NCBI GenBank assembly: GCA_963422645.2
Contig: CAXXVO010000007.1
Span: forward strand, 224,001-288,000
DNA from: Alphaproteobacteria bacterium
Lineage (GTDB): Bacteria; Pseudomonadota; Alphaproteobacteria; UBA828
Direction of reading: 5' to 3'
Length of the DNA: 64,000 nucleotides
Part shown: one piece after another, positions 28,008-39,832 of the stretch
Layout of the letters: every line of letters begins with the position of its first letter
Numbering within the stretch: the stretch's first letter is position 1
Notes under the pieces: generated by a model
Databases searched by the model: none
What the model was told of the DNA's origin: nothing
What the model saw: the letters and a program-made list of their open reading frames with translations, nothing else
Program-made: the position numbers and the translations under genes

Positions 28008-28946
28008 CTACGATGCCGGCGTTGTCCCCGCGCCGGCCTCCTTCCCTTCGAGATCGGCGCGCCGCGGGTCGCGTGCGATCTCCTCGTCGGAGAAGGGCTT
28101 TCGCCCGGGGTTCTCGACCTCCCAGCTTTCCATCCATGGCAGCGACTGGCATCCGCAGTTGATCGTCTCGGCGGCGGGTCCGGCGGGATCGCGGGGGTAC
28201 ATGAGCGAAGCGCCGCCGACGTCGAAGGGCCTGGCGGCTTCCCTGATCTGTCCGTCGACGGCGTCGTGGGCGATGCGGCTTCTGAGCTTTCCGGAGCGTC
28301 GCCACTGCTTCTTCAGCCCCGGCAGGACCTCGGCGGCCTGCTCCATGCGCTGCTGTCCGGCCATGGAGTATGCGCGGCCGAGCTCGGTCCGCACGATTGT
28401 CAGGGCGCGGGACCTGCCGCCGGTCTTGAGGATGGCGGCGACGCGTCCGGTGGTCTCGCCGACGGGGACCGAGCCGGTCATGGCGAGGCCGAGCTGGGTG
28501 TTGACGCGGTCTGCGAGGGCGGCGGTGACGCCCTTCATCCTGTCGGTGAGGAAGGATCGCATGGCGAGGAGCTGGCGGGTGTCGACCTCGGGCAGGACGG
28601 CGGCGATGCGGAAGTCGGGGGCATCGAGGCGCATGGCGGCGTCGACGGGGGCGTCCACGGTATCGATGCCGGCGTCCCAGGCGCGGGTTGCGCCCTCGGC
28701 CATGGCCTGCCCGGCGTCTGCGCCGAGGCTGTCGAGGGCGTCCCGGACGGAGGCCTGGAGGGATGGCAGCGCCCATGCCTGGTAATCGGAGGGCGCGCCG
28801 GCGAGGGTGGCCCGGATGTCGCGCTCGGCGCGCCCGAGGATGCGGCCGACCTCGGCGGCGGTGTCCTTCTGGATGCGGGGCAGGGCGCGGGCGCGGCGGG
28901 ATCGCTCGCCCTTGAGCCTGCGCTCGCGCTGACGGTCGGTAGCCAC
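28008..28946 (-). CDS. Phage head morphogenesis protein (Mu gpF/SPP1 gp7-like)
   Basis: RALTIVRTE, KKQW, HDAVDGQ, YPRDP...ETINCGC. Confidence 0.85.
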   Translation of the reverse strand: MATDRQRERRLKGERSRRARALPRIQKDTAAEVGRILGRAERDIRATLAGAPSDYQAWALPSLQASVRDALDSLGADAGQAMAEGATRAWDAGIDTVDAPVDAAMRLDAPDFRIAAVLPEVDTRQLLAMRSFLTDRMKGVTAALADRVNTQLGLAMTGSVPVGETTGRVAAILKTGGRSRALTIVRTELGRAYSMAGQQRMEQAAEVLPGLKKQWRRSGKLRSRIAHDAVDGQIREAARPFDVGGASLMYPRDPAGPAAETINCGCQSLPWMESWEVENPGRKPFSDEEIARDPRRADLEGKEAGAGTTPAS

Positions 28947-28949
28947 GTG

Positions 28950-29280
28950 CTACGCCTCGCCGTCGTCGGCGTCCTCGTCCTGCGGGGGCTCGCGGAAGGC
29001 GTCTTCTTCGGCCCGTCCGGCGGCGTCTTCGCGCGCCGCCTCGAGTTCGGCGTCGGCGTCGATCTCGACGCCGAGGCGCCCGGCGACAGCGGCGATGACG
29101 CGGAGCGCGGTGGCGTCCGAGAGCAGGCCGCGCTCGATGGCCAGCGCCGCGGCGCCTGCGGTCTGGGCGAGCGCGGCGGCGTGTCGGGAGGCGTCGGCGA
29201 CCACCATCTCGGGCCATTCGACGGAGACGGCGAGGGCGGGGTCTGCGGGATCGGGCCATGATGCGCCGGTGAGCGCGCGC
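28950..29280 (-). pseudogene. C-terminal fragment of probable portal protein
   Basis: VSVEWPEM...GLLSDATA; directly upstream of the gpF-like gene; cut by foreign sequence near 29281. Confidence 0.55.
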
Positions 29281-29419
29281 GGTCTTTCAGCGGGGATCGG
29301 GGCCTGATCCGCTCGGATTTGTTGAGGTTTTGGGGCGGGTGCCCCTCGGCGAACTTGCAAGAAGTTCGCCGGGGGGCTTTGTCTCGTGGTGACGGTCACA
29401 ATCGCCAGAGACGGCCCCA

Positions 29420-30037
29420 ATGTCGCACAACATTTTCCGCCACTCCATGCTTTGCAACGCCCTGGTCTGGGCCTGGCTGCGCGAGGTCGATGAGGCCGAG
29501 GCGGCGCGCTGCCGCGAGGCGGGCTGCCGACACTGCCCCGGCAAGCTGCACAGCGCGACGTATCCGCGCAAGCCGTACGGTCTGGCAGCCGAGTTGAGGG
29601 AAGAGGGCACGCGGCGGTTCAGCTTCTGCTGCGCGGATTGCCGCCTGCGAGCGACCCCACCATCGGTACGATTCTTCGGGCGCCGCTTTTATCTGGGCGC
29701 CCTGTTCGTTCTGTTGAGTGCACTGGTTCTGAGAGGCGGGGTGCGGTTGCAGACGATCAAGCGGAAGTGGGGGGTCTCGGTCGCCACACTGCGCCGCTGG
29801 CGGAAGTGGTGGCTGGAGGCGTTCCCGGCGACGGAGCCCTGGGGAGCGAAGCGTGGCGAACTGGTGATGCCACCCGAGGAGGTGCCGCTGCTCTTCGTGC
29901 TGCGGCAGATGCGGGGCGGACGCTTCGGTGAGCGTCTGTTCCTGAGCCTGATCTGGTTCAAGCCGTGGACGGGCTATTGCGGGCTCGGCGATGGCTCGGC
30001 GCCGCCCGCAGAAAGTGTTCCTGTCACGCCCGGATAG
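29420..30037 (+). CDS. Cys-rich HTH accessory protein of a DDE-integrase mobile element
   Basis: CRHC...FCCADC, TPPSVRFFGRR, TLRRWRKWW; precedes an rve-type transposase. Confidence 0.65.
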   Translation: MSHNIFRHSMLCNALVWAWLREVDEAEAARCREAGCRHCPGKLHSATYPRKPYGLAAELREEGTRRFSFCCADCRLRATPPSVRFFGRRFYLGALFVLLSALVLRGGVRLQTIKRKWGVSVATLRRWRKWWLEAFPATEPWGAKRGELVMPPEEVPLLFVLRQMRGGRFGERLFLSLIWFKPWTGYCGLGDGSAPPAESVPVTPG

Positions 30038-30086
30038 GGCGTTCTACATGGGCATCTCTCCGATGCGGCGAGGGAGGGATGCCGGA

Positions 30087-30776
30087 ATGGACAAGGACGA
30101 CGCAGGCGCCAGGCGCGAGAAGTGGGCCCGGCTGCGCTTTGCGGTGGTGGGGCCGCTTCTGGCTTCACCGCCGCCTGCAGGCCAGCTGGGGGCCGAGTTC
30201 GAGCGTCTGTCGCAGCGCGACTGGGAGCACCCGTCGGGCAAGGGGCCGGTGCGCTTTGCGGCCTCGACGATCGAGCGCTGGTACTACCGGGCGCGGGCAG
30301 AGGAGCAGGACCCGGTCAAGGCGCTGCGCCGGAAGCCTCGGACCGACGTCGGCCGCGAGCGGTCCATGTCGGCGGGGCTGATCGCGGCGCTGCGCGAGCA
30401 GTACCGGGTCCATCCCTCGTGGGCGGCGCAGCTCCACTACGAGACCCTCAAGGCTCATGTTGCGACCCATCCCGAGCTCGGCCCGATGCCGTCCTACGCG
30501 ACGCTGACGCGGGCGATGCGCAATCGCGGCCTGGTGCGCGAGCGCCCCAGGAAGTGGCACGAGGGTGAGGACAAGCCGGCGGTCGAAGCCCGCGAGGTCC
30601 TTAGCTACGAGGTGTCTCGCAGTCACGCGCTGTGGCACGGGGACTTCCACCACGGCAAGCGCCGCGTGCTGACGGCGTCGGGCGAATGGCAGACGCCCAT
30701 CCTGCTCGGCTTCCTCGACGACCACTCCAGGCTTGGCTGCCACCTGCAGTGGTACCTGGAGGAGACCGCCGAGGTC
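30087..30776 (+). pseudogene. DDE (rve-type) integrase/transposase truncated by IS21
   Basis: HTH ASTIERWYY; LWHGDFHH, FLDDHSR; sequence stops at the IS21 left end. Confidence 0.8.
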
Positions 30777-30895
30777 TGTTGTTAAGCGTGGAAAAGTGAC
30801 CCCCTATTGGGGGTGATCGGCGTCCAAAATTGACCCCCTTGGATTTGTGTCCATGAACACACCTCGTCGTTTGGACGGACGGGGTGGTGGGGGAG

Positions 30896-32410
30896 ATGCT
30901 GGTTGTGGAAACGATCGCGAAGATCCGTCGGGATCATCTGGTGAAGGGCGTTCCGATCAAGAAGCTCGCCCGGGATTTGAGGGTTTCCAAGAACACGATA
31001 CGCAAGGTGGTGCGGGGCGATGCGACCTCGCACAGCTACGAGCGCAAGATCCAGCCGATGCCGAAGCTTGGGCTGTGGGTGGAGGAGCTTGAGCGCCAGC
31101 TGAAGGCCAACGAGAAGAAGGCACGCAAGGATCGGCTGTCTCTTCTGCGGATTCATGAAGACCTTGTGTCGCTGGGCTACAAGGGCGGCTATGACGCGGT
31201 TCGCCGCTATGCCAGGGCCTGGCGGCGCCGGTGGCGGCTGTTGTCGCCGGCGCAGGCCTATGTGCCGCTGATCTTCGATCCCGGCGAGGCCTACCAGTTC
31301 GACTGGAGCCACGAGTACGCGCGTCTGTCGGGCGCGACGACCAGGGTGAAGGCGGCGCACATGCGGCTGTGCCACAGCCGGATGTATCTGGTCCAGATCT
31401 TTCCCCGCGAGAGCCAGGAGATGGTCTTCGAGGCGCACGAGCGTGCCTTCCGCTTCTTCGGCGGGGTCTGCCGGCGGGGCATCTACGACAACATGAAGAC
31501 GGCGGTGAGCACGATCTTCGTGGGCAAGAAGCGGGACTACAACCGCCGCTTCCAGGAGCTGTGCTCGCACCATCTGGTGGAGCCTGTGGCGTGCACGCCA
31601 GGGGCTGGCTGGGAGAAGGGGCAGGTCGAGAAGCAGGTGGGTGACCTTCGCGGCCGCCTGTTCGTGCCCATCCCGCGGGGCCGCTCCTACGCCGAGATCA
31701 ACGAGTGGCTGATGGATCGGTGCATCGAGGACGCCAAGAAGCATCCGCATCCGACAATCCCGGGCAAGACGGTGTGGCAGGTGTTCGAGGAGGAGCAGCC
31801 CTTCCTGATGGCGTATCGCGGCCCCTTCGACGGCTTCCATGCCAGCGAGGTGTCGGTCTCGAAGACCTGTCTGGTGCGCTTCGACAACAACCAGTACAGC
31901 GTCGCGGCCCGCGCCGTCGGCCGGCCGGTGGACGTGCGGGCCTATGCCGATCGGATCGTCATCCGCCAGGACGGCGAGACCGTTGCCGAGCACCCCCGCA
32001 GCTTCGGGCGCGGCCGGTTCGTCTACGATCCGTGGCATTACGTGCCGATCCTGACGCGGAAGCCCGGCGCGCTACGCAATGGCGCGCCCTTCAAGGACTG
32101 GCAGTTGCCCAACGCGCTCGGCCGCCTGCGAACCCGGCTCGCGGGCCACGACGACGGCGACCGGCAGTTCGTCAAGGTGCTCGCGGCGGTGCTGGAGGAC
32201 GGACTGGAGGCGGTTGAGGCGGCCTGTGCCGAGACGCTCGACTGCGGTGCCTGCAGCGCCGACGTGGTGCTCAACATCCTCGCCCGGCAGCGCCAGCCGG
32301 CACCGCCGGCAATCATCCCGACGCCCGAGGGCCTGCAGCTTCGCCACAAGCCGGTAGCCGACTGTCAGCGCTACGACAGCCTGAGGGAGGCCGGTCATGG
32401 AGCGTCATGA
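30896..32410 (+). CDS. istA: IS21 transposase
   Basis: [25 protein letters not shown]. Confidence 0.95.
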   Translation: MLVVETIAKIRRDHLVKGVPIKKLARDLRVSKNTIRKVVRGDATSHSYERKIQPMPKLGLWVEELERQLKANEKKARKDRLSLLRIHEDLVSLGYKGGYDAVRRYARAWRRRWRLLSPAQAYVPLIFDPGEAYQFDWSHEYARLSGATTRVKAAHMRLCHSRMYLVQIFPRESQEMVFEAHERAFRFFGGVCRRGIYDNMKTAVSTIFVGKKRDYNRRFQELCSHHLVEPVACTPGAGWEKGQVEKQVGDLRGRLFVPIPRGRSYAEINEWLMDRCIEDAKKHPHPTIPGKTVWQVFEEEQPFLMAYRGPFDGFHASEVSVSKTCLVRFDNNQYSVAARAVGRPVDVRAYADRIVIRQDGETVAEHPRSFGRGRFVYDPWHYVPILTRKPGALRNGAPFKDWQLPNALGRLRTRLAGHDDGDRQFVKVLAAVLEDGLEAVEAACAETLDCGACSADVVLNILARQRQPAPPAIIPTPEGLQLRHKPVADCQRYDSLREAGHGAS

Positions 32411-33125
32411 TGTGCTGGAGATGATGACCCAGCTGAAGCTCGCAGGTATGCGCGCCGCTTACGACGACATCCTTGCCGACGGGCTCAAGCGCCGCCATCC
32501 GGTGCAACAGATCATCGGTACGCTGCTGCAGGTCGAGATCGCCGACAAGAGGGCCCGCTCGATCAAGTACCAGATGGCCTCCGCCAAGCTGCCGACGGTC
32601 AAGGAGCTGGCCGACTTCGACTTCGCCGCCTCGCCGGTCAACGAGCCCCTGATCCAGGAGCTCGCCGGCGGCGGCTTCCTCGAGGGCAAACGCAACATCG
32701 TGCTGGTCGGCGGCACCGGTACCGGCAAGACCCATCTCGCCGTCGCCATCGCGCGGTCCTGCATCCGCAAGGGCGCGCGCGGCCGGTGCTACAACGTCGT
32801 CGACCTGGTCAACCTCCTCGAGGCCGAGCTTCGCGCCGGACGCCAGGGCCGCACTGCAGACCAGCTCGTCCGCCGCGACTTCGTCATCCTCGACGAGCTC
32901 GGCTACCTGCCCTTCGCCCAGGCCGGTGGGCAGCTGCTCTTCCATCTGATGAGCCGGCTCTACGAGCGCACCTCGATCGTCATCACCACAAACCTCGCCT
33001 TCGGCGAATGGCCATCCGTCTTCGGCGACCCCAAGATGACCACAGCGCTGCTCGATCGCCTCACCCATCATTGCGAGATCATCGAGACCGGCAACGAGAG
33101 CTGGCGCTTCAAGAACCGCTCCTGA
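32397..33125 (+). CDS. istB: IS21 helper ATPase
   Basis: [23 protein letters not shown]. Confidence 0.96.
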   Translation: MERHDVLEMMTQLKLAGMRAAYDDILADGLKRRHPVQQIIGTLLQVEIADKRARSIKYQMASAKLPTVKELADFDFAASPVNEPLIQELAGGGFLEGKRNIVLVGGTGTGKTHLAVAIARSCIRKGARGRCYNVVDLVNLLEAELRAGRQGRTADQLVRRDFVILDELGYLPFAQAGGQLLFHLMSRLYERTSIVITTNLAFGEWPSVFGDPKMTTALLDRLTHHCEIIETGNESWRFKNRS

Positions 33126-33327
33126 CCCGCCGCCGGCCTCCCTTGCGGCCCGGTTGCCCCGGTGGGCCAACAGGGACCCCCCACGCGGCTTCGCTCCGCG
33201 TAGCGCAGGGCGCCACACGAAGCCGCGCGGGTCCCCCCTATTGGCTACCGGGACAACCTCCGCCGTGCCACTCAGGGGGGTCAATTTTGCACGCCGATCG
33301 GGGGTCAGTATTGAAAGCCGATTGACA

Positions 33328-33616
33328 GCCCGCGCGCGCGGCCGGCCTGGCGGCGCGCGAATCGCAGGTCGCCGCACTCGGGGGAGAGCACGCCCGGCCT
33401 CTCGCGCCCGCCGAGACGCCCCGCGAGGGCGACGGCGTGCTGATGCACGCGGCCGGGCGGCGGCGGCGCATCGGCCACCATATCGGCCTCTGGTGCCGCA
33501 TCGCGGGCGAGCCCTGCGTGCTGCACTGCGCGGAGGGCGCGGGCACGATCGTGCACCCGATCCGCGAGCTGCCGCTGCGCGGCCTCGCGCTCGAGGGGGT
33601 CTACCGGTGGCTGTGA
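33328..33616 (+). pseudogene. C-terminal fragment of NlpC/P60-like tail assembly protein
   Basis: EGDGVLM...GHHIGLW...VLHC...LEGVYRWL*; not in the ORF track because its start is deleted. Confidence 0.7.
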
Positions 33617-36600
33617 CCCCGCCGGCGAGGGAACAGGGAAGAACCCCGCTCACCCTCTCCGCGTGGCCGCACCCGCTGACCGCCGAGGGCTGCGAGACCC
33701 GCCGCGTCGCGGTGCGCCCCGGCCAGACCCTCGAGGGCCTGGCGCGGGAGGAGGCGCGCCGCCTCGGCCTCGACATCGACCGTGTCGAGATCGCGCTCAA
33801 CGGCCTGTCCGTCGCCCGCGCGGCCTGGGCCGCGACGCCGCTCGGCGCCGGCGACCTCGTCATCCTCCGCGCGGTGGCGGGCAACTCCGGCCTCCTGCGC
33901 ATCCTCGGCACCATCCTGATCGTCGCCGCCGCCGCCTATATTCCGGGCGCGCTCGGCCTCACGGGCTGGGCCGCGACAGCCGCCAGCGCGGGCATCTATC
34001 TCGTCGGCGGCCTCGTGCTCAACGCTCTCGTACCCCCCGAGCTGCCGGGCGCGGAGGGCGGGGAGCAGCCCACGCCGGTCTACTCGCTCGGCGGCGGGGC
34101 GAACCGGGCCAGGCTCTACGAGCCGTTGCCGCTGGTGCTCGGCCGGCACCGCATGTTCCCCGACCTCGGCGCGGCGGAGCACACCGAGTACAGGGGCGGC
34201 GATCAGTATCTCGCCTCTCTCTTCAACTTCGGCCTCGGCGACCTGGAGGTCTCCGACCTGCGCATCGGGCCGACGCCGCTCTCGAGCTACGAGGGCGCGG
34301 GCGCGGACGGCGCGGTCGAAACCGAGTGGGCGGGCGCGGACGGCGCGATCGGCCTGGTGCCGGGCAACGTCGATACCGTCCACGGCGCCGCACTGGAGGG
34401 CACCGGCTGGGTCGAGCGCGTGGCGAAGGACACCGGCCGCATCGCCATCGACATCACCGGCAGGATTTTCCGGCTGCGCAAGGGCAGGACGGTCGAGCAC
34501 TCGGTCGACATCGAGATCGAGTGGCGCCTGCCCGGCCAGCCCGCTGCCGCCACATCGACCGTGACGCTGGCCAACGACAGCCAGACGCCGTTGCGCGAGA
34601 CCCTGGTCCGCGACCTGCCCTCCCGTGACGACTGGACGGTCCGCGTCCGCCGCACCACCGAGCCCGATGGCGACGAGTACGTCTACGACGACGTGACCTG
34701 GGGCGCGCTCCGCGCCTACCAGGCGGACGACGCCGACTACGCCGGCCAGACCAGGCTGGGCGCCCGCATCCGCGCCTCCGGCCAGCTCTTCGGCCGCCTC
34801 TCGGCCCTGGTGCAGCAGCGCGTCCCCGTCTACGCGGCGGGCGAGTGGGGAAGCGCGAACCTGCCGACCTCCAACCCCGCCGCAATCCTGCGCTGGTTCG
34901 CGCGCGGCATCCGCGTCGGCGGCCGTCTGCGCGCAGGCCTCGGCCTGCCCGACGAGCGCATCGACCACGAGGCGCTCGCCGCCTGGCACGACTGGTGCCA
35001 GGCGCAGAAGCTGCGCTGCGACTATGTCGTCCAGGGCTCCGACACGGCGCAGCGGGTCCTCGCGCTCATCGCCCGCTGCGGCCGCGCCGCCCCGACCTGG
35101 GCCACGGGCAAGCTCGGCGTCGTCTGGGAGGATGCCGACCGGCCGCCCACCGGCATGGTCACCCCCGGCAACGTCGTCGCCGGCTCCATGCGCGTCGTCT
35201 ACACGCCGGGCAAAATCGCCGACGAGATCGCCGTGCGCTACGTCGAGCCGGCCATGGACTGGCAGTGGAACACGGTGCGGCGCTCGCGGCCGGGGCTCGC
35301 CGGCACGCCGACCTCCACGGCGACGCTGACCCTGAAGGGCGTCACGACTGCGGACCGGGCGGCCGTCATGTGCAATCTCCATGCCGCCCGGCAGGAATAC
35401 CATCGACGCACGATCTCCTGGGAGATGGGGCCCGAGGGCCGCTACTACCCGCGCGGCAGCGTGGTGTGGATCACCCACGGGCTGATCGACGGCGGCATCG
35501 CCGGCCGGCTGGTCGCGGGCACGGCGGACCGGATCGTCCTCGACCGGCCGGTCGAGGTCGGCGACGACGCCTGGGTGCTGCTGCGCGCCGCCACCGGCGC
35601 GCTCGGCCAGTCGCCCGTGAGCGCGCCGGCCGGCGCCGCGGGGCAGACGCGCGAGCTCGTGCTCGACGCGGCGCTCGAAGATCCGCCGGCAGACGGCGGC
35701 TCGCCCTCCGACGTGCTCTGGCGCCTCTACGACGCGACCGAGCCGCCGCGCCGCGTGCGGATAATCGCCCACGCGCCGACCATGGAGGGGCGCTACCGGC
35801 TCACCGCCATCGACGAGGTCGCGGCCTACCACACGCTTGCGACCTCCGACCTCACAGCCCCCTTCCCCGCCGCCCGGCCCCGCACGCCGCGCGTGCTCCA
35901 GGCCGTCTTCATGCCCGAGCGCATCCGCATCGGGCAGGGCGACATGATCCGCCTGCACATCGCGCTGACCGTCGACGGCCCGTGGGAGGGCGGCATCGTC
36001 CGCGCCGGCCCCTCCTGGGACCGCCTCGAGCTGGTCGCCACGCTCACGGGCGGCGCCACGGAGACCTCCTGGATCGTGCCCCCGGGCCAGGGGCAGGCGG
36101 TCGAGATCGTGCCCGGCGCCGCCGACCGCGCCGCCGGCCCGCGCTGGCGCGGAACCTGGGGCTGGGAGACCGGACCCCTGCCGCCGCCGCCGACGCAGGC
36201 CGCGGTCTCCGAACGCCCCGACGGCATCCGGCTCTACACCTGGATACCGCCCGACATCCCCGACCTCGCCGGCATCCTGATCCGCCATACGGCCGGCGCA
36301 GGCTCGCAGGTGCCCTGGGCCGACATGACCCCGCTGCACGCCGGCTACCTCACGTCGTCGCCCTACGCCTCGGCCGACCCGCCCGGGGGGACGTACACCC
36401 TCGCCTTCCGCGCGCTCTCCACCGCCGGCGAGATGTCGGCGATCGTCCGCGTCGACGCCGCACTCGGCGAGCCCCACAGGCTCGTCGCGAACGTCTTCGA
36501 GGACGTGCGTGAGCAAGTCCTCAAGGCGATCCGCGACAATCCCGCGCTCGCCGGCCTCGACGCCGAGATCGCCAGGGCCCGCGCGCTGGCCGAGATCGCC

Positions 36601-37354
36601 TCGACCAAGGCCACCGAGGCGGCAACGTCCGCGAGCGCCGCCGCAGTCTCCGGGACCCATGCCGAGACCGCCTCGGCCGCAGCGAAGACGGAGTCGGTGC
36701 GGGCATCGGCGGCGCGGACCGCCGCACAGAACGCCGCCAGCGCTGCGAGGTTGTCGCAGACGGCTGCCGCCACGCTGGCCGACGATGCCCGCGAGGCGGT
36801 GGCAGGGCTGGAAGCGACGGTTACGGCCGAGGTCGACAAGGACCTCAGAAGCCGCTTCGCCGCCATAGTGGCGCTCCGCGCGCAGGCCGGATCGTCCGAC
36901 GCCGCGCTCGAGCTCGTCGCGCTCTCCGACGCATCCGGCGACAGGGCGGAGGGCATCATCAACGCCTCCCTCCGATCCGACCGCTACGTCCCGGGCGCCG
37001 CCGGATGGATCATCCGCCGCGACGGCAGAGCGGAGTTCGACGCCGCAGCCATCCGGGGAAGGCTGCAGGCGGCTCAAATCTCTTCGAACGTATTCAACGT
37101 CCGGCGCATTTTTTCCGGCTCGGCTGTATTTACCCGCGCGGGCACCCCCATAGTGACGAGCCCGCCGATCGATAATTTCGATACCTTGCTCCTGGGAGGC
37201 TCAGGGCACGGTGGACGGTTCTTGTGGTCGGTATCGGTGCGGGTGGCCGCGCTGAGCACAGCGCGGAAGCAGCTGCAGGGTGTCACCGGCGCCGATGCAA
37301 ACTGGTCGCCCACGCTTGGCCGGGCAAGCTTCAGCCGAGGGGTGCTCTCGCTTG

Positions 37355-37826
<472 letters not shown>

Positions 37827-37840
37827 GAGATTCGACGGCG

Positions 37841-38464
37841 GTGCCCGGCGTGAGAGACCCCCGCGAATCAACCCCGGTCGAGCCCGGAGAGGGTTCCACC
37901 CCCCCCATTCGCGTCGTCCGCGCAGCCATCGGCCCTCGAGCAATGGCCGAGGTCGAGCGAGCCGTCAACGGGCTCGCGCTCGCGCGCCGGGGCCCCGGCG
38001 CGGACGACTGCTACGAGGCATGGCTGCCCGACGGGATGCTCCCGGCAGACTGCACCGACGCCCTGGACGCCCTCGCCCGCAACTACGCCCGCGAGGTGCT
38101 GAACGCATGCGCGGACACGCCCTCGCCCGCCGTCTGCAACTGTTACTTCGCAGGACAGGCCTGCCTCTGGCACGTCGACCAGTACGCAGGGCGGGGAGTT
38201 CCCGACACCCTCGACCGGACCGTCTCCGCAAGCCTCATCGTCGAACGCGCCGCAGCCGGCGGCGACATGGTCTTCCAGGACCCGGGCCGGAAACGCCGCC
38301 CCGTACGGATCGACCCGCCGCCGGGATCGCTCGTCCTCTTCCCCGCAGACTGGTGGCACAGGGTCGCACCCGCCACCGCCGGCATCCGCCGCTCGCTCGT
38401 GCGATGGTGGGCGCAGTCGAACGGAGAGAGGTTCTCGTCCCTCGCCCGGCCCGACGGAGGATGA
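37841..38464 (+). CDS. 2OG-Fe(II) oxygenase (prolyl-hydroxylase-like)
   Basis: WHVD, GGDMVF, GSLVLFP, HRVAP...GIRRSLV (HxD...H...R); start uncertain. Confidence 0.8.
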   Translation: MPGVRDPRESTPVEPGEGSTPPIRVVRAAIGPRAMAEVERAVNGLALARRGPGADDCYEAWLPDGMLPADCTDALDALARNYAREVLNACADTPSPAVCNCYFAGQACLWHVDQYAGRGVPDTLDRTVSASLIVERAAAGGDMVFQDPGRKRRPVRIDPPPGSLVLFPADWWHRVAPATAGIRRSLVRWWAQSNGERFSSLARPDGG

Positions 38465-38468
38465 CACG

Positions 38469-38989
38469 GTGATCGACATCCAGGACGCGATCCGCCGGCT
38501 CATGCCCACGGCTTCCTGCCGGGCTCCTTCCCCGGCGGCATCGACACGATGTTCGACGAGGCGACATGGAAGGCCTACGGCTGGAACCCGATCCCCGGCC
38601 TGCCGGACTACGGCCCCGACCCGGACGCCAGCCCCAAGCCGGCATGGGCCATGATCGCCGAAGCGGGCGAGCGCGCCGCCGCCGAAGACCTCCGGCAAGA
38701 AAGGGCGCAAGGGGTCGACCGGGAGGCAACCCGCCGCATCCGGAAGGCCTACGGGGCGAGGAGCTGGGAGCACGAGGCCAGACGGCGGCTGCGCGGCGCC
38801 GCCACCGAGGAGCAGGACGCCGAACGCGACCGCCTGCGCCGGCTCTGCCGCGCGCTCCGCAAGCGCATCGAAACCATGGACGCGGGCGCGCTCGAGCGCT
38901 TCGACGCAGCCGACGACAGACACTGGCGCCCGCCCGAAGCCGGGCCCGCCCAGCCCCCCGCGCCCGAGGCGGAGGAGAAGGCGGAATAG
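38469..38989 (+). pseudogene. Phage protein, possibly tail-fibre assembly; frameshift near 38507
   Basis: MIDIQDAIRRLMP continues in another frame as GFLPGSFPGGIDTMFDEATW...DDRHW. Confidence 0.5.
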
Positions 38990-39186
38990 AACCCTTGCAG
39001 GGGCCGTGCACACCGAATTCCGCGCCCCTGAACGGCCCGTGCATGGCCGATGCAGAGGCCGTTTTTCCAGCCCGAATCAGCCCCGAAAATCAGCCTGTTT
39101 TCCAGGCCATTCGCAAAGACTTCTGGCCGCGATTCGCAAAGACTTCTGGCCGGCTACACGGGCCAACATCGTTTGAGCTGCAGGAG

Positions 39187-39726
39187 CTAGTCCCGGGCCG
39201 GATACCAGTAGATCGGGTCCGGGCGCTGGTAGCCGTCGGGGCGGTAGATCAGCTCCAGCGTGGTCTTGAGCGCGTCCTCGGTCTGGAAGTAGCAGAAGCG
39301 CACGCCGCGCCAACCGCCGCTCATCACCCGCTGGAAGCCACGCGCCTCCATGTCGGCGATGCAGCCCTCCCAATCGAGCCCTGTATCCTGCAGCAGGAAG
39401 CCCACGTGCTGCAGCCCCTCGCCGTGCTCCTCGAGAAACTCGTGGTAGATGCTGGGCCCCTCCAGAGGCTCGATCACCTCCCAGTTGAGATCGCCGGTCC
39501 AGGCGAGCGCGAGGCGCATGGAGAACTGACCGGGGCCGCCGCGAAAGTGCCTCTCGTTCAGGTCCGGCGGCGCGTACTCTTGGACCCACCAGGGGCCGAT
39601 CCCCATGCGGTCTGCATAGTTGCGGATGCAGGCGTCGAGATCGCGGGTGACGATGCAGATCTGCCGGCTCTGGCCGATGAGGCTGTTGGGCAGGTCTGTG
39701 AAGACGTGGTCGAGCGAAACGGTCAT
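39187..39726 (-). CDS. VOC/glyoxalase family protein (methylmalonyl-CoA epimerase-like)
   Basis: QICIVTRD, EVIEPLEGPSIY, GEGLQHVGF, LELI. Confidence 0.85.
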   Translation of the reverse strand: MTVSLDHVFTDLPNSLIGQSRQICIVTRDLDACIRNYADRMGIGPWWVQEYAPPDLNERHFRGGPGQFSMRLALAWTGDLNWEVIEPLEGPSIYHEFLEEHGEGLQHVGFLLQDTGLDWEGCIADMEARGFQRVMSGGWRGVRFCYFQTEDALKTTLELIYRPDGYQRPDPIYWYPARD

Positions 39727-39832
39727 GGACGATACTCCCGTCGCGGTTGGATGCAGGTGCCGGTCGGCCGCTACCGGCCGGCCGGAGCGCGCGATCGAGC
39801 GGAGCGAGCGCCCGGCGCTTGAGGGATCAAGA

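Larger units (their letters stand above)
30777..33327 (+). mobile_element. IS21-family element without target duplication
   Basis: TGTTG...TGACA ends with repeated TGACCCCC motifs; istA-istB; unrelated flanks. Confidence 0.92.

Noticed and set aside
30087-30776. MuA transposase of the prophage
   Set aside because: It belongs to the separate element that interrupts the portal gene
33154-33606. N-terminal extension of the 1412-aa ORF
   Set aside because: It runs through the IS21 right end and the NlpC/P60 fragment; the plausible start is GTG 33607
33601-37077. 1158-aa antisense ORF and similar long shadow ORFs
   Set aside because: Mirror of GC-biased codons in the real gene; no motifs
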